NCBI GenBank assembly: GCA_963733035.1
Contig: CAVTBU010000006.1
Span: 288,001-352,000, forward strand
From: Pirellulales bacterium
GTDB taxonomy: Bacteria; Planctomycetota; Planctomycetia; Pirellulales; PALSA-1355
Direction: 5' to 3'
DNA: 64,000 nt
The notes under the pieces are model-generated. The model had not been told where the DNA came from, made no database searches, and was given only the letters and a program-made list of their open reading frames with translations. The position numbers were made by a program, and so were the translations under genes. This document shows, piece by piece, positions 1 to 8,665 of the stretch. Numbering within the stretch: position 1 is the first letter of the stretch; each line of letters opens with the position of its first letter.

Positions 1-227
1 ATGACTTACCGCCCCTCACGCCGCGTCGGCGCAGGGAGAGACTGCCTCGGGGCCGAACGATAGGAATTCGTCCCGGCCCGAGCAATGCCGCTTTGACTTT
101 ACGGCGTTCTCTAGACAACCCAGGCTTCCGGTCGTGAACTTTGCGTGGACTGAAAGGCTCTAGGCATTCGGTTGACTCTCGTCGTATCCTGCTAGCGGAT
201 GTTGCTACCATGCCCGCGAATGCCATC

Positions 228-800
228 ATGCCGCACGACCACGAGATTGAATTGTCCAGCAACCGGATTTTGCTCCGGGCCTTTCGCTTGGAAGACGCCA
301 CTGCGATCTATGACGCGGTATGCGAATCAAAGCCTGAGTTGTCTCGCTGGCTGCCATGGTGCGGCGCGGACTACGGCCAGAACGACACGCTGGAGTTCCT
401 GAACCACCGCGGCGAGTCGTATCGCAATCACGAGGAACACGCCTTTGCAATCATCGAGCGAGCCAGCGGACGCTTTCTTGGAGCGACGGGCGTCAATCAA
501 ATAGACCGCTCGGCACGCCGGGCCAACTTGGGTTATTGGCTGCGTACCAGCGCCACCGGCGAAGGCTATGCCACCGAGGCTACGCTGCTGGTCGCCCGTT
601 GGGCGTTCGCGGAACTTGGGCTCGAACGAATCGAGATCGTGGCAGCCACCAGCAACGAGGCCAGCCAGCGGGTTGCCCTCCGCGCTGGTGCTCAGCGAGA
701 AGGTGTCGCTCGCCGGCGGCTACGAATCGGCGACGAGCAGCGCGACGCGGTCGTGTTCTCCCTGGTGCCGAGCGATCTGGCAGGCGAGAATAAGACGTAG
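228..800 (+). CDS. GNAT N-acetyltransferase, RimJ/RimL family
   Basis: Motifs ILLRAFRLEDA, ANLGYWL, GEGYATEA, NEASQRVA; start moved to in-frame ATG 228 (ATG 210 also possible). Confidence 0.85.
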   Translation: MPHDHEIELSSNRILLRAFRLEDATAIYDAVCESKPELSRWLPWCGADYGQNDTLEFLNHRGESYRNHEEHAFAIIERASGRFLGATGVNQIDRSARRANLGYWLRTSATGEGYATEATLLVARWAFAELGLERIEIVAATSNEASQRVALRAGAQREGVARRRLRIGDEQRDAVVFSLVPSDLAGENKT

Positions 801-861
801 TGGGTCAAACCGCCCCGTTACCGTTTCTTGCCGACTTGCGGCGCTACGCAAGCACAAAAGA

Positions 862-2019
862 ATGCCGTTCCATTCGTCCAGCGAACGTCTTGCAGTTGAT
901 GGGGGCCCGCGCGCTCTCTGCGGAGATCCGCCGCCTTGGCCGCGACCCGATGAAGCCGTGCGAGAGGCCCTCGAACGGGCCTGGGCTGATGGCAGCTGGG
1001 GGCGATATCACGCGGAGCATACCGATAGACTTGCGGCGGAACTTGCTCGATTGCATGCGGTGGAGTTCGTCACACTTTGCCCATCTGGCACGTTTGCCGT
1101 CGAGTTGGCGTTGCGCGCCTTGAAGGTCGGTGAGGGGGATGAAGTCATCCTCGCCGGATATGATTTCCCGGGAAACTTCCGCGCCATCGAGGCCACCGGA
1201 GCCCGGCCGGTGCTCGTCGACCTTGCTCCGGGCAGTTGGCGACTCGACCCGCACGAAATTCCGCCGGCGATTGGCCCGCGCACAAAAGCACTGATCGTGT
1301 CGCACTTGCACGGCGAGCTGGTCGACATGGCCAGCGTTTGCGACGTCGTGCGCGGGGGGGCTGTTTGTGGTCGAAGACGCCTGTCAGGTCCCTGGGGCAA
1401 GGATTGCTGGGCGGTGCGCGGCAGCTGGGGACACGTCGGAGTGTTGAGCTTTGGTGGCAGCAAGCTGATCACGGCGGGGCGGGGCGGAGCGATCCTGACT
1501 TCCGACGCCGAGCTACACCAGCGGGCCAAGGTTTTCTGCCAGCGAGGCAACGACGCCTTTCCATTAAGCCAACTGCAGGCGGCCGTATTGCTCCCACAGC
1601 TAAGTCGGCTGGAAGAGCACAATCAACGCCGCCGCCGAGCCGTCGCCCGCTTGCTGGCGCAGACGGCACAACTGCCAGGCCTCAGGCCACTGGCAACATC
1701 GACCGAAGACGCGGTGTTCTACAAGCTTCCCTGGCACTATGTAGCCAGCGAATTGGGAGAACGTTCGCGGGACGAGTTTGTGCATGCGCTGCAGGCCGAG
1801 GGTGTGCAGACGGGAAGTGGCTTTCGAGGTTTTGTGCGGCGGACGGCGCGGCGGTGCCGCAAAGTCGGCGAGTTGCCGCATAGTCAACGGGCCGTCAATA
1901 CAACGCTGCTGTTGCACCATCCCATCCTGCTGGAATCCGATGAGCGGCTTGACGCCCTGGCCGCGGCGCTGGCCAAAGTGGCCCGGGCGTTTTCGCGACG
2001 TCCGAGCGTCAAAGAATAG
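862..2019 (+). CDS. DegT/DnrJ/EryC1/StrS-family PLP-dependent aminotransferase (two compensating indels at ~1354-1420)
   Basis: LAVDGG N-terminus, SGTFAVELAL, SFGGSK (PLP Lys) and TAGRGG; the conserved VVEDACQ motif is read only in the +1 frame between ~1361 and ~1419. Confidence 0.8.
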   Translation: MPFHSSSERLAVDGGPRALCGDPPPWPRPDEAVREALERAWADGSWGRYHAEHTDRLAAELARLHAVEFVTLCPSGTFAVELALRALKVGEGDEVILAGYDFPGNFRAIEATGARPVLVDLAPGSWRLDPHEIPPAIGPRTKALIVSHLHGELVDMASVCDVVRGGAVCGRRRLSGPWGKDCWAVRGSWGHVGVLSFGGSKLITAGRGGAILTSDAELHQRAKVFCQRGNDAFPLSQLQAAVLLPQLSRLEEHNQRRRRAVARLLAQTAQLPGLRPLATSTEDAVFYKLPWHYVASELGERSRDEFVHALQAEGVQTGSGFRGFVRRTARRCRKVGELPHSQRAVNTTLLLHHPILLESDERLDALAAALAKVARAFSRRPSVKE

Positions 2020-2024
2020 CCGAC

Positions 2025-2792
2025 ATGTCGAACGACGAGGAGACGATGACTTTCCAGCCGCTCCACTTTTTGCTGACGAATGATGACGGCATCGACGCGC
2101 CGGGAATTTCCGCGATGCAAGAGGCCTGTGCCTCCCTGGGAAAGGTCGTGGTGGTGGCCCCCAATCAGCATCTTTCGGGATGCAGCCATACTGCCACCAC
2201 GAGCCGAGGCATGTCATTGGCTGAAGTCGGCCCAAATCGCTACGCACTGGACGGCTCGCCGGTGGATTGCACACGCATCGGACTTTACCGTGTGGCTCCG
2301 GATACGCAGTGGGTGCTGTCGGGCGTAAACGAAGGGGGGAACCTGGGAGCCGACGTTTATCTATCCGGCACCGTGGCGGCTGCCCGCGAGGCCTGCTTGC
2401 TCGGCAAGCCCGCCATCGCCATCAGCCAATACATGAAACGTCGGCCGGCCGACTGGGGTCGCGCGTTGCGCTGGACCCGCCACGTGCTGCAACTGCTCGT
2501 GAGGCGTCCTCCGGAGCCGGGCACGTTCTGGAACGTCAACCTACCTGATCCCGATCCCGGCGCGGATGATTTACCCGAATCCGTATTCTGCGACATCGAT
2601 CCTCATCCTCTGCCGATCGAGTACGAACTACGTGAAGGCAAGCTGCACTATCGCTCGCGGTATCAGGATCGCCAGCGTGCGGCAGGGCGCGACGTGGAGC
2701 TTTGCTTCGCCGGGCGGATTACGATCAGCCAAGTCGGTCTGCACGCAATTCCGCCTCAGGCGATCGCCGAGAAAGGCGATTTACCGTCTTAA
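2025..2792 (+). CDS. surE: 5'/3'-nucleotidase SurE
   Basis: LLTNDDGIDAPG, GSPVDC, SGVNEGGNLG, SGTVAAA, WNVNLP motifs. Confidence 0.93.
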   Translation: MSNDEETMTFQPLHFLLTNDDGIDAPGISAMQEACASLGKVVVVAPNQHLSGCSHTATTSRGMSLAEVGPNRYALDGSPVDCTRIGLYRVAPDTQWVLSGVNEGGNLGADVYLSGTVAAAREACLLGKPAIAISQYMKRRPADWGRALRWTRHVLQLLVRRPPEPGTFWNVNLPDPDPGADDLPESVFCDIDPHPLPIEYELREGKLHYRSRYQDRQRAAGRDVELCFAGRITISQVGLHAIPPQAIAEKGDLPS

Positions 2793-3013
2793 CGAGGTCG
2801 TGCGGCCCAGAGTTCGTTGCGCATTCGCTTCGACGCCGGCACTGGTTCGGCGGGCGCTTCGTCGAATCTTGGCAGTTCTCCGCGGACGATCCGCACGTCC
2901 TGCGGGGCCTCGATCCCAAATGTGACACGCTGCCCCAGGATTCGCTTGACCACCAGGACGATCCCATCACCGATCACCACCTTTTCACCAATTTTGCGAC
3001 TGAGTACGAGCAT
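2789..3013 (-). CDS. csrA: Carbon storage regulator CsrA-family RNA-binding protein
   Basis: MLVLSRKIGEKVVIGDGI...GIEAPQDVRIVRGEL signature; ATG at 3013 preceded by a GGAGGG Shine-Dalgarno. Confidence 0.9.
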   Translation of the reverse strand: MLVLSRKIGEKVVIGDGIVLVVKRILGQRVTFGIEAPQDVRIVRGELPRFDEAPAEPVPASKRMRNELWAARPR

Positions 3014-3108
3014 GGTTTTGTTTTCCCTCCGTGGCTCACTTTCTGACTGTGGGTCCCGCCCCAGCTCCGGCGAGCTGGAATTCATGCGGTTGCTTGGCTC
3101 GCATTCTT

Positions 3109-3124
3109 TGCAAGGGCGGTGCCG
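3109..3124 (-). promoter_or_regulatory. Putative sigma54 (-24/-12) promoter for csrA
   Basis: Minus strand reads CGGCAC-CGCCC-TTGCA: GG-N10-GC with the exact spacing of the TGGCAC-N5-TTGCA consensus, ~95 nt upstream of the csrA start. Confidence 0.6.
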
Positions 3125-3378
3125 TGGCCACATTGGTGTCGCCAGAATGTTTGTGCATGCGCGCTAACTCATTTATGCATTGAGACTTGTGATTCTTCAG
3201 GATGGGCCGGCGGCCGTTCGCTGCTACGCCGCGTGCCGTCCGAAGTTGAGAGAGTCGTCTCAATTTCAGACGCACTGCCTTGGCCTAGCTTGGATCGCGC
3301 ACTGGGCACGGCTGGCCGATATCCGCAAAACGTTAATGCGTGTATTTACACATCAATCGCGCCAAATATACTGCAAAC

Positions 3379-3840
3379 ATGGAAAATGAATCGGTGTGCT
3401 TGCACGAATATTGCGTAGTTCCCTACCGCGTAACGAGTTCGGGAGCGGAGTTTTGCCTACTTACGCCACTCTCGCAGAATCGATGGGAGTTTCCCAAGAT
3501 TCGTCTTGCCGCACCTAACGCCTGCGATCTTGAGATCCTGAAACAGGCGGCCGAATCGGCCGGATTGCGCGGCACAATCGCCAGCTACGAGCCCCTTGGC
3601 TCCTTTGTCGCAACCAGGCAAAACGAGACCCGTAACATGGTGGGATTCTTGATGCGGGTGGAAGATATCGAGGACCCTTGGCCGCGGCAAAATAGCCATC
3701 GGCGTCTTTGGTGTCTGGCCGAGGAAGCCCGGGTGCGCATTCGGCGCAAGCCACTTCGTCGCTTTATTGATTTGGCGCTACAGAACGTGCGGTATGCACC
3801 GCGCGATACCCAGCCGTCGAGTGGCTCTCCAAGTTCGTGA
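3379..3840 (+). CDS. Nudix-fold protein with degenerate Nudix box
   Basis: VVPYR...EFCLLT...RWEFPK...AGLRG...PLGSF...WP...RRLW resembles Nudix hydrolases, but the catalytic Glu-rich helix reads ILKQAAESAGL. Confidence 0.6.
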   Translation: MENESVCLHEYCVVPYRVTSSGAEFCLLTPLSQNRWEFPKIRLAAPNACDLEILKQAAESAGLRGTIASYEPLGSFVATRQNETRNMVGFLMRVEDIEDPWPRQNSHRRLWCLAEEARVRIRRKPLRRFIDLALQNVRYAPRDTQPSSGSPSS

Positions 3841-3955
3841 ATTTGGGGGCACGACCATTTTCGATGCGCCGCTTTCAACGCGTGGTGTGAGCTGGGCAAC
3901 CGTTTTACAATGCGAGGCGAGTCCTCTATCGGCCTTCCTTCCGCGGTATTTGCGA

Positions 3956-4790
3956 ATGCGCGCTTCACTGACCTGCCTGTTCGTTGCATCGCTCGGCGTC
4001 TTGTCGCCACTCGTCGCCCAAAATGTCCCAAGCAGCGATGAGCGATCCGCAACGATCGAGTCGCAGTTGCGAACCGTGTCCCAGGCCCTTGCCTCTCGGC
4101 CAAAAGACAAACAGTTGCTCGATCGCCGCGCGGCGCTGCACGCGGCCGCCGGTGAGCCGGTCAAAGCCATTGCGGATTATGATCGACTATTGAAGCTCGA
4201 TCCGAGCCTCGCCGCGGCCTTCGACGCCCGAGGAAGCGAGCAGTTCAAACTCGGGCAAATTGATGCGTCGATTGCCGATTTCGACCGTTACTTGAAGCTA
4301 CGGCCCGATCAGGTGCCCTGGCACTGGAAACGCGGCATCTCCTACTACTACGCGGGTCGCTGGGAAGAAGGGCAACGCCAGTTCGAGGGTTATCAAACCG
4401 TCGACGATAACGACGTTGAGAACGCCGTATGGCGTTACCTGTGCATGGCGCACTCCAAGGGTGAAGCCGCGGCTCGGGCCGACATGCTCAAGATCAAACG
4501 GGACCCTCGCGTCCCGATGATGGAAGTCTACGCACTGTACAAGGGTGAACTCCAGCCCGACGACGTGTTGACGGCAGTCGAGCGGGGTAAGCCATCGCCC
4601 GAGGAACTGAACGCGCGGCAGATTCTACGCGCATTTGTACCTGGGGCTGTACTTCGAAGCGGCCGGCGACGTTGCCGAGGCGAAAAAGCACATCGATCTG
4701 GCTCGGCAGCACAGGATCGGCCACTACATGTGGAATGTGGCTGATGTGCATGCCCGGCGGCTCGCGGAACCGAAAGCCACCGAACCCTAG
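3956..4790 (+). CDS. Exported TPR protein, NlpI-like (frameshift at ~4621)
   Basis: Signal-peptide-like N-terminus, TPRs, WKRGISYYYAG and NDVENAVW; the C-terminus FYAHLYLGLYFEA...HYMWNVA continues in another frame to TAG 4788-4790. Confidence 0.7.
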
Positions 4791-6391
4791 GGCGATGCGA
4801 CCGCCGTCGGACTCGCTTCCAGGATGCGAATCACGCGCTGCGACTGATGCAGTTTGCCGTTGACGTCCGTGCCACGGACACGCAGCAAGTGGATTCCCGG
4901 CGTCGGCTTTCCGCTGAGATTGGCTTTCCACAAGTGCGTCGACGGCTTTGGTTTGGGCTGCTGTCGGAACGCTTCGGGAGACTTGGCCAACAGGGCGGCT
5001 TCCTTGTCATACGTTGCCTGGTGCAGCGGTTCGACCTCGCGGGTATGGGCAAGCGGAATCCAATCGCCGCCGGCCAGCGACATTTCGACCTTCGACCGCT
5101 CGGAGCCATTGAACAGATCGACGTACACGATCGTGCCGGCGACCTTGTCGGCGGCTACGGCGTCGGGGGCGTGAATGTCCATTTGGTAGTCAGCAGGTCG
5201 CCCGGCGGCCTTGAAGTCGAGCGTATATTTGGTGCCGTCGAAGCTGATGATCGAATAGCCGTTTGGCGCGCCGTCAGCCATGGTGGCGTGCGGAATTCCA
5301 CGCTCATCGGGAGCACCGCTCCACCAGCCCCCGCAAACCGTGACGTTGATGATATGGTGATGCGGCTCGGGCCCCAGCCACCCATCTTCCTTCTTGATGT
5401 AGCGGTGCTCGTGGTGGTGTGTGTGCCCGGAGATCGAGATGCAGAAGGGACGTTTTTCGATCAGGCGGTAGAGTTGCTCGCGGTCGCGGACGCCAACGAT
5501 GGGAATATGCATCATCAATACGACCATCTGGTCCTGGGGGATCATCGAAAGGTCGTTGCGGATGAACTGCATCTGTTCATCGCCCAGTCCGCCGCGATAC
5601 GTGCCTTTGCCTCCTTCGTCCGGAATGTACCATTCGATGTCGTCGAGCACGATGAAGTGCACCTGGCCGTAGTCAAACGAATAGTACGGCGGTCCGTAGA
5701 CGCGCTCAAAGGTTTCGTCGCTGTGTTGGTCGTGCTTGGCTTCAAAGTTGATGTCATGATTGCCGATCACGTTGTACCAAGGAATACCGATTAGCGCGAT
5801 CGTCTTGTTGAGCGTTTCGAAAGTGTCGAGGTTGTTGAAGGCAATGTCGCCAAGCGTCACGCCGAAGGACGCGTCGGTGCCGATCAACTCCTCGACGACG
5901 TCGTGCCCCACGTATTCCACTTCCTGTTGGTTGCGTGGCTGCGGATCGCCGAACAGAATCGCGCGAAACTCTTCTGGTTCGGGTTGCTCGTAGAGCGGAA
6001 AGTTGATGGCGTTTGGAAGTGGGCCCGTCGGGGCCACGCCGGGGAACTCGGAAGGCGGCGAGCCGTTCGGCTTATGGATATAGTAGAAACGCGGTAGCTT
6101 GTCCGCGGAGAGCGGCGTGCGGTAGCCGCGCGGTTTGATCACGAACACGATGTCGTCATCGTCCACCTTGAGCGAGTATTTCCCTTGCTCGTCGGTCGTC
6201 GTGATGTCGCGGCCGTTCGAAACCTTGATGCCGGACAATGGCTTTTCACCGGCGTCGAACTTCTCGTTGCCGTTGGTGTCGAGGTAGACCGTACCGTGTG
6301 CCTCGTGCACTGCATCCGCGGCGATTGCGCCGTCGGCAAAGACCAAGAGCAGTGAGGCCAGAATCACAGTTGGCAAAAGGATAGACTTCAT
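4787..6391 (-). CDS. Secreted calcineurin-like metallophosphoesterase
   Basis: Signal peptide, N-terminal GTVYLDTNGN (SdrD-B-like) domain, metallophosphoesterase motifs GDPQ, LGD, GNHD, GHTH. Confidence 0.85.
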   Translation of the reverse strand: MKSILLPTVILASLLLVFADGAIAADAVHEAHGTVYLDTNGNEKFDAGEKPLSGIKVSNGRDITTTDEQGKYSLKVDDDDIVFVIKPRGYRTPLSADKLPRFYYIHKPNGSPPSEFPGVAPTGPLPNAINFPLYEQPEPEEFRAILFGDPQPRNQQEVEYVGHDVVEELIGTDASFGVTLGDIAFNNLDTFETLNKTIALIGIPWYNVIGNHDINFEAKHDQHSDETFERVYGPPYYSFDYGQVHFIVLDDIEWYIPDEGGKGTYRGGLGDEQMQFIRNDLSMIPQDQMVVLMMHIPIVGVRDREQLYRLIEKRPFCISISGHTHHHEHRYIKKEDGWLGPEPHHHIINVTVCGGWWSGAPDERGIPHATMADGAPNGYSIISFDGTKYTLDFKAAGRPADYQMDIHAPDAVAADKVAGTIVYVDLFNGSERSKVEMSLAGGDWIPLAHTREVEPLHQATYDKEAALLAKSPEAFRQQPKPKPSTHLWKANLSGKPTPGIHLLRVRGTDVNGKLHQSQRVIRILEASPTAVASP

Positions 6392-6596
6392 GCGTATCTC
6401 CGCGGAGAGCCAAAAGCGGGATGAGGGTGGGCGAGCGTGCGAGTTGATTGTCCCTGCTAAGAGCTGGGTTCGCAAGCGCACGGTCGCCGAAGGTTAAGTT
6501 TGCTGCAAGGCAGTGCCGGTTGCAAGCCGACCGGAACTCTGGAGAATGTGAATCCCAGTTGTCGCGCGAGCAAATCACCACGCAAATTACGAACCG

Positions 6597-7715
6597 ATGA
6601 TGAATTCCACACCCGATCCTTATGCAACCGACCCAGATGCCGTGCGGATGCGGCAGAAGCGGTTGCTGGACCTGATGCAAGAGAAGAAGCTGGACCTGGT
6701 GATCCTCACGCAACAGGCCCACGTTCAGTACTTCTGTGGACCGCGTTTTGCCTGGACGTTTTCGCCGGCCGTCGCCATCACCGACGACGGACGCGTGACG
6801 CTGGTGGGTCCTGAGCCGCCGGCGCGTGACGCCGTGGCCGACGACCTGCGAACCTATGAGGCTCAATCATTCTCGACACTTCGCAACGACCAGCGAAAGA
6901 AGTCGACAGACGTTCTGTTCGATGCGCTCGGCAAACGGGCCAGCGCGAAACGCATCGGTCTGGAGGCATCCTCGTGCGGGACGGAGGTTACCGGCCGTTT
7001 GTCGGCGGAACTGATCGATGTTGAATCGGATGTTTACTTCATGCGCCGCCGCAAGGATCCGGACGAACTCGCCCGGCTGCGCAAAGCAATTGCAGGCACG
7101 GCGGCGATGCACGCCCGGGCGCGCGAGATGATCGAGCCGGGTGTCAACGAGTTGCATGTGTTCAGCGAACTGCAAGCCGCCGCCGTTGGCGAGTATGGTG
7201 AGATGCTAACCGGTACCGGCAACGATTATGCCTGTGGCGAGCGCGGCGGCGCCCCCCGCGATCGAAAGATCGAAGCCGGGGAACTGTACATCCTCGATCT
7301 CGGCCCAGCGTTTCGAGGTTATTTTGCCGACAACACGCGCGTGACTTGCGTGGGCGGGAGTCCAACCGATGCCCAACTCGAAGCCTGGAACCACATTCTG
7401 CCGGTGTTTGAGATGGTCGAGCGCGAGGTGAAGCCGGGCAAACGGTGCCGCGAGTTGTTCGACGAGGCTCACGCCTGGTTGAACCAGAAACCGTGGGAGT
7501 TCGAACATCACCTGGGGCACGGAATCGGCCTGTTTCCCCACGAGGCTCCGCACTTAAATCCCTGTTGGGACGACACGTTCCAGGAAGGCGAGGTATTTGC
7601 CGTCGAACCGGGGCTCTATGGCGAACCGCTCCGCGCTGGCATCCGCCTGGAGAATAACTACCTGGTTACCAAGACCGGCGTGGAACTGTTGACGCCATTT
7701 CCGCTGGAGCTCTGA
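6597..7715 (+). CDS. M24 Xaa-Pro peptidase family protein
   Basis: ILDLG...YFADNTR, HHLGHGIGL..HEAP, AVEPGLY, GIRLENNY. Confidence 0.88.
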   Translation: MMNSTPDPYATDPDAVRMRQKRLLDLMQEKKLDLVILTQQAHVQYFCGPRFAWTFSPAVAITDDGRVTLVGPEPPARDAVADDLRTYEAQSFSTLRNDQRKKSTDVLFDALGKRASAKRIGLEASSCGTEVTGRLSAELIDVESDVYFMRRRKDPDELARLRKAIAGTAAMHARAREMIEPGVNELHVFSELQAAAVGEYGEMLTGTGNDYACGERGGAPRDRKIEAGELYILDLGPAFRGYFADNTRVTCVGGSPTDAQLEAWNHILPVFEMVEREVKPGKRCRELFDEAHAWLNQKPWEFEHHLGHGIGLFPHEAPHLNPCWDDTFQEGEVFAVEPGLYGEPLRAGIRLENNYLVTKTGVELLTPFPLEL

Positions 7716-7727
7716 TCGTTCGGAGAT

Positions 7728-8504
7728 CTATCGCCGGGCGAAGTTCATGGCCAGCATGTCGATCTGGCCCTTCAGGTCGGCGAGCAACAAGTTTGGGTTG
7801 GCGCCGTCGGCCATGTGCGAATAGAAGGCCTGCGACGCTGAGCCGTGGGTGACGCCGAGCATCGAGGTGGTATGCTCAAGCTGTCGGATTTGCGAGTCGA
7901 GTTGGCGAAGTTTCTGCACGGCGAAGCGGCTGTTGCGCCAGATCCGCTCGAGCTGCCAAACCAGACCGACGAGAAACACGCCTCCACCCCCCGCAGCGAT
8001 CGTCAAACCCAAGTTCCAGAGGTCGGGGCGGCCTTCAGACAGCGACCAGCCCAGCACGCCACCACCCGCCACGAGCGTAAGTAGTCCCAACCACACGACG
8101 GAGTGCGCTACAAGACTGGAGCGTCTGGCCGGCCGGTCGGCGCGTCGTCGCCGTCGCGCCGTTTGCGGTCGTGGAATCGACATGTGCGGTGCGTCGAATC
8201 GCCATTGTGGCTGCCGACTGGCCTGCGGCTCGGCATGAGCCGCATGTCGACGCTGCCACGGTCCGAATCGTGCTTCAAGCGAACGCAGGTTCTGATCGAG
8301 CTCCCAATCCTCGTAGCTGCGCGTGCTGGCCGAGGGTCCGGTTTCCAGGTCAATGCCGACTTCCGCCGGGTGCCCCGAGTCGTGGGCGCCGGGCTCGGTA
8401 TCGTCGTTGGAGACCAGACCCGCGCCGCAGCGACCGCAACGCATGCCCGACTGTCGGGGTGAGCGAATGCCGGGTGTATCCTGGCGACAGTTCTTGCACC
8501 ACAT
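7728..8504 (-). CDS. Hypothetical membrane protein with N-terminal zinc ribbon
   Basis: MWCKNC...CGRC, two hydrophobic helices, and a C-terminal coiled-coil-like segment. Confidence 0.7.
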   Translation of the reverse strand: MWCKNCRQDTPGIRSPRQSGMRCGRCGAGLVSNDDTEPGAHDSGHPAEVGIDLETGPSASTRSYEDWELDQNLRSLEARFGPWQRRHAAHAEPQASRQPQWRFDAPHMSIPRPQTARRRRRADRPARRSSLVAHSVVWLGLLTLVAGGGVLGWSLSEGRPDLWNLGLTIAAGGGGVFLVGLVWQLERIWRNSRFAVQKLRQLDSQIRQLEHTTSMLGVTHGSASQAFYSHMADGANPNLLLADLKGQIDMLAMNFARR

Positions 8505-8665
8505 AAGAGCGACTCGCGAAACGACGCACTAGCTTGACTAGTTGCCCAAGGGCTTTTTGGCCATTCCATGCATCGGCGATTCGTCGTGGGGGAATGCAGC
8601 GAATTCGGCGACTTTTCCGGATTCGCGGAGCTTGCGGCTAGCTGTCAGGCGGTTGCTGGCAGGCC

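Noticed and set aside
30..130. GGAGAGAC...GCCGAA with a hairpin, superficially like a glycine riboswitch
   Set aside because: Lacks the GAAGG-GCAA and CUCUCAGG elements, and the downstream gene is a GNAT; context is truncated at the window edge.
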